Position numbers and translations under genes: made by a program. A stretch of 64,000 nt of DNA from Lepidodermella squamata (taxonomy: Eukaryota; Animalia; Gastrotricha). Position 1 is the stretch's first letter. The number at the start of each line of letters is the position of its first letter. This document shows, piece by piece, positions 62,109 through 64,000 of the stretch. Under the pieces are notes generated by a model. It had not been told where the DNA came from and did no database searches. It saw only the letters and a program-made list of their open reading frames with translations. The DNA is taken from NCBI GenBank assembly GCA_047495785.1, contig JBLDXI010000066.1, positions 711,701 to 775,700 of the forward strand, read 5' to 3'.

Positions 62109-62471
62109 TTAAGGGATGGGTTCTTTATATTGGCATAACTTTTCATGCCCAAAAATGAGGTCATAAGTTAGAGTAATGGGACAGCCTTTATCAGAATATT
62201 GGCATTTGTAAATCAAATTCGAGATAATGTTCGATAAAATTACAGGGGGTTTAACGAAATCTTTCCCTGTTAATGATTCGCGGCAAAGTGGACAGCAACA
62301 TACTGTTCGAGCTGAATTTTGAAAAATAGCGAGAACACATTTAGTACAAAATAAATGGCCACAGGGGCGCGTTTGAATAGGATTAAGTAGGATAGATAAA
62401 CAAATTGGACATTGCAAAGATTCAGCGTCTAAAATCTGGCTGTTCGAGAGCACAAGTCTTGTTGGATCCAT
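62109..62471 (-). CDS. C3HC4 RING + TRAF/SIAH-type Zn finger, putative E3 ligase
   Basis: CPIC..PCGHLFCTKC..CPLCR, then CQYSDKGC..HEKLC. Confidence 0.85.
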   Translation of the reverse strand: MDPTRLVLSNSQILDAESLQCPICLSILLNPIQTRPCGHLFCTKCVLAIFQNSARTVCCCPLCRESLTGKDFVKPPVILSNIISNLIYKCQYSDKGCPITLTYDLIFGHEKLCQYKEPIP

Positions 62472-62555
62472 CAATGAGGATTCAAGTCTGAGAGATTACA
62501 GGCGTGATAAGAGAGGCAACATACTGAGAAGCTTGCTTTAGAACCTCAGAGGCAT

Positions 62556-63245
62556 TCAATTATCAGTGTCGATAACAAGCACGGGACATGGTAGGGATTT
62601 GTTTGTAGTCTCAACAGTACACATTTTTTCATGAAACTCATGTACGAGGCGTAAATAATCCAGTGATAATAGCATTTCAGAACCCCGAGCTCTAGCTACG
62701 GCTCTTTGACAAGCTATTTGGGGAGAGGAGCGCAAGTAAATAATAGCTTCAGTTTTTACAAAATTCGGCTCGAAATTATCATACAAATTCATGAGAGCGT
62801 GATATTCGATAGAATTTATGCGCTTGGATGCATACGCACATGGGATAAAGACGTTTTTAGAACAGAAGGGCGTTCGATCATGCAGAACGATAGTATGCGC
62901 CCCGTAGATTTCAGGTTTGTGGTTAGGGGCTGAATAAAGGCCGCACATATCACTCGTGGCTACAATTTGAAAGTTGAACGCATTTTTCATCTGATAGTAA
63001 TCTTTCAAAATGTTAGTTTTATCGTCATCAGTAAAGGACTCCCAACGATGAACAGGCTCGCAAATTGGCCACGCGGTATATCCCTGAAGTTTACGGTTGA
63101 GTGAAGGTAGATTAGTGAGACCCTCGATTAAGGTTGATTTCCCGCTAAAACAAGAGACTTTAAATAGAATTCTATTCGGTGGAGTATATGAGACTTACGC
63201 CCCAATGTTGCCGACTATGCCGAAATGGTAGACTTTAGGATGCAT
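62556..63245 (-). CDS. Deoxynucleoside kinase; intron 63145-63198
   Basis: Spliced P-loop GNIGA|GKST, EPVHRW, FQ, DRT, IYLRSSP..RAVARARGSE, YLRLVHEFHE. Confidence 0.9.
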
Positions 63246-63679
63246 CCAGCTTGCTTCAAGAAATATGCTAAGTGTATTCTTGAAGCATCTCTCTTAAATA
63301 GTCTGAGTGATATTTCCATAAAAGGAAAAAACAGGGAGATGTTTTGTTTGAATTGTTTAAGGTAATTACACCGTAAAGGGTAAAAAATCCTAATTGCTTT
63401 TTATTTTGATAAGTAAAAAATCGCATTGTTTAATTAGGGAGGATGTATAAGATTTATTGACATGATGTTTTCTTATTGAATTACCGACAGCAATTAAGGA
63501 GGATGTATACAATACCAAGAATCTTTGATGAAAAGCATTAAAGCCAGCACTGAGGGGTCAACAGAGCTAAAGGCCCTAATGCATTTTTAAGGAAGATTGA
63601 ATTACAAAAACAATATGCCTGAAAGGAGGTAGCCGCTCACATAAAAATCGAACCTCAGTAACAATATAAATTATAAAAT

Positions 63680-64000
63680 ATGAAGCTGAAGGTAGAGCTA
63701 ACAAGTAACAAAGCTAAAGAACCGACAAAGCATACTAAAGGCTCTGTGGGTTGGGACATCTATTCAGCAGAAGAGACGACACTGCAACCTGGAACCAGGG
63801 GACTGATTCAAACTGATATTAAAATCTGTTTACCACGAGGATATTATGGACAACTATTCAGTCGATCAGGAATGAGCATCAACCATGGAATCGATACGGT
63901 CGCTGGAGTAATAGGTAAGAAGCAAATAATAATGAAAATTACTAATGAATATCTGTATTTTTCATGAATTAAAGACGCCGACTACTCTCACGAGATGTGT
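63680..64000 (+). CDS. dut: Trimeric dUTPase; intron 63915-63974; truncated by the window end
   Basis: GWDIYS, SRSGMS, spliced motif III AGVI|DADY. Confidence 0.9.

Larger units (their letters stand above)
45234..64000. mobile_element. Maverick/Polinton (adintovirus-like) endogenous virus, at least 18.7 kb; right end outside the window
   Basis: AGTAGT terminus, subterminal repeats, composition switch, and INT, mCP, MCP, PRO, ATPase and pPolB genes. Confidence 0.95.

Noticed and set aside
52932-63974. Viral introns as copies of one Introner-like transposon
   Set aside because: By eye they share size and AT-richness but no common sequence, TIRs or TSDs; an all-vs-all alignment would settle it

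Overview
Eukaryotic (invertebrate metazoan-like) genomic DNA with short GT-AG introns; the taxon cannot be determined from the sequence. The host part (1 to ~45,230) holds a large minus-strand FReD + C-type lectin + CCP mosaic gene, three tandem two-EF-hand genes, five copies plus a relic of an intronless multi-pass membrane family I do not recognise, a duplicated secreted prepropeptide, a divergent Cys-loop channel, an alpha-arrestin, a tandem cluster of divergent class A GPCRs (5 intact, 2 broken) and two MITEs with target-site duplications. From 45,234 (AGTAGT terminus, inserted into a host exon) to the window end lies a Maverick/Polinton endogenous virus with the full core set: integrase, minor and major capsid, adenain protease, packaging ATPase and protein-primed PolB. 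The main result is that this element is intron-rich. I reconstructed by hand 18-19 spliceosomal introns of 51-62 bp, ten of them in pPolB, and several split catalytic motifs (YxDTDS, two Walker A loops, dUTPase motif III). It also carries TBP, PC4, RING-Zn finger, deoxynucleoside kinase and dUTPase genes. All splice models are manual and lack transcript support.
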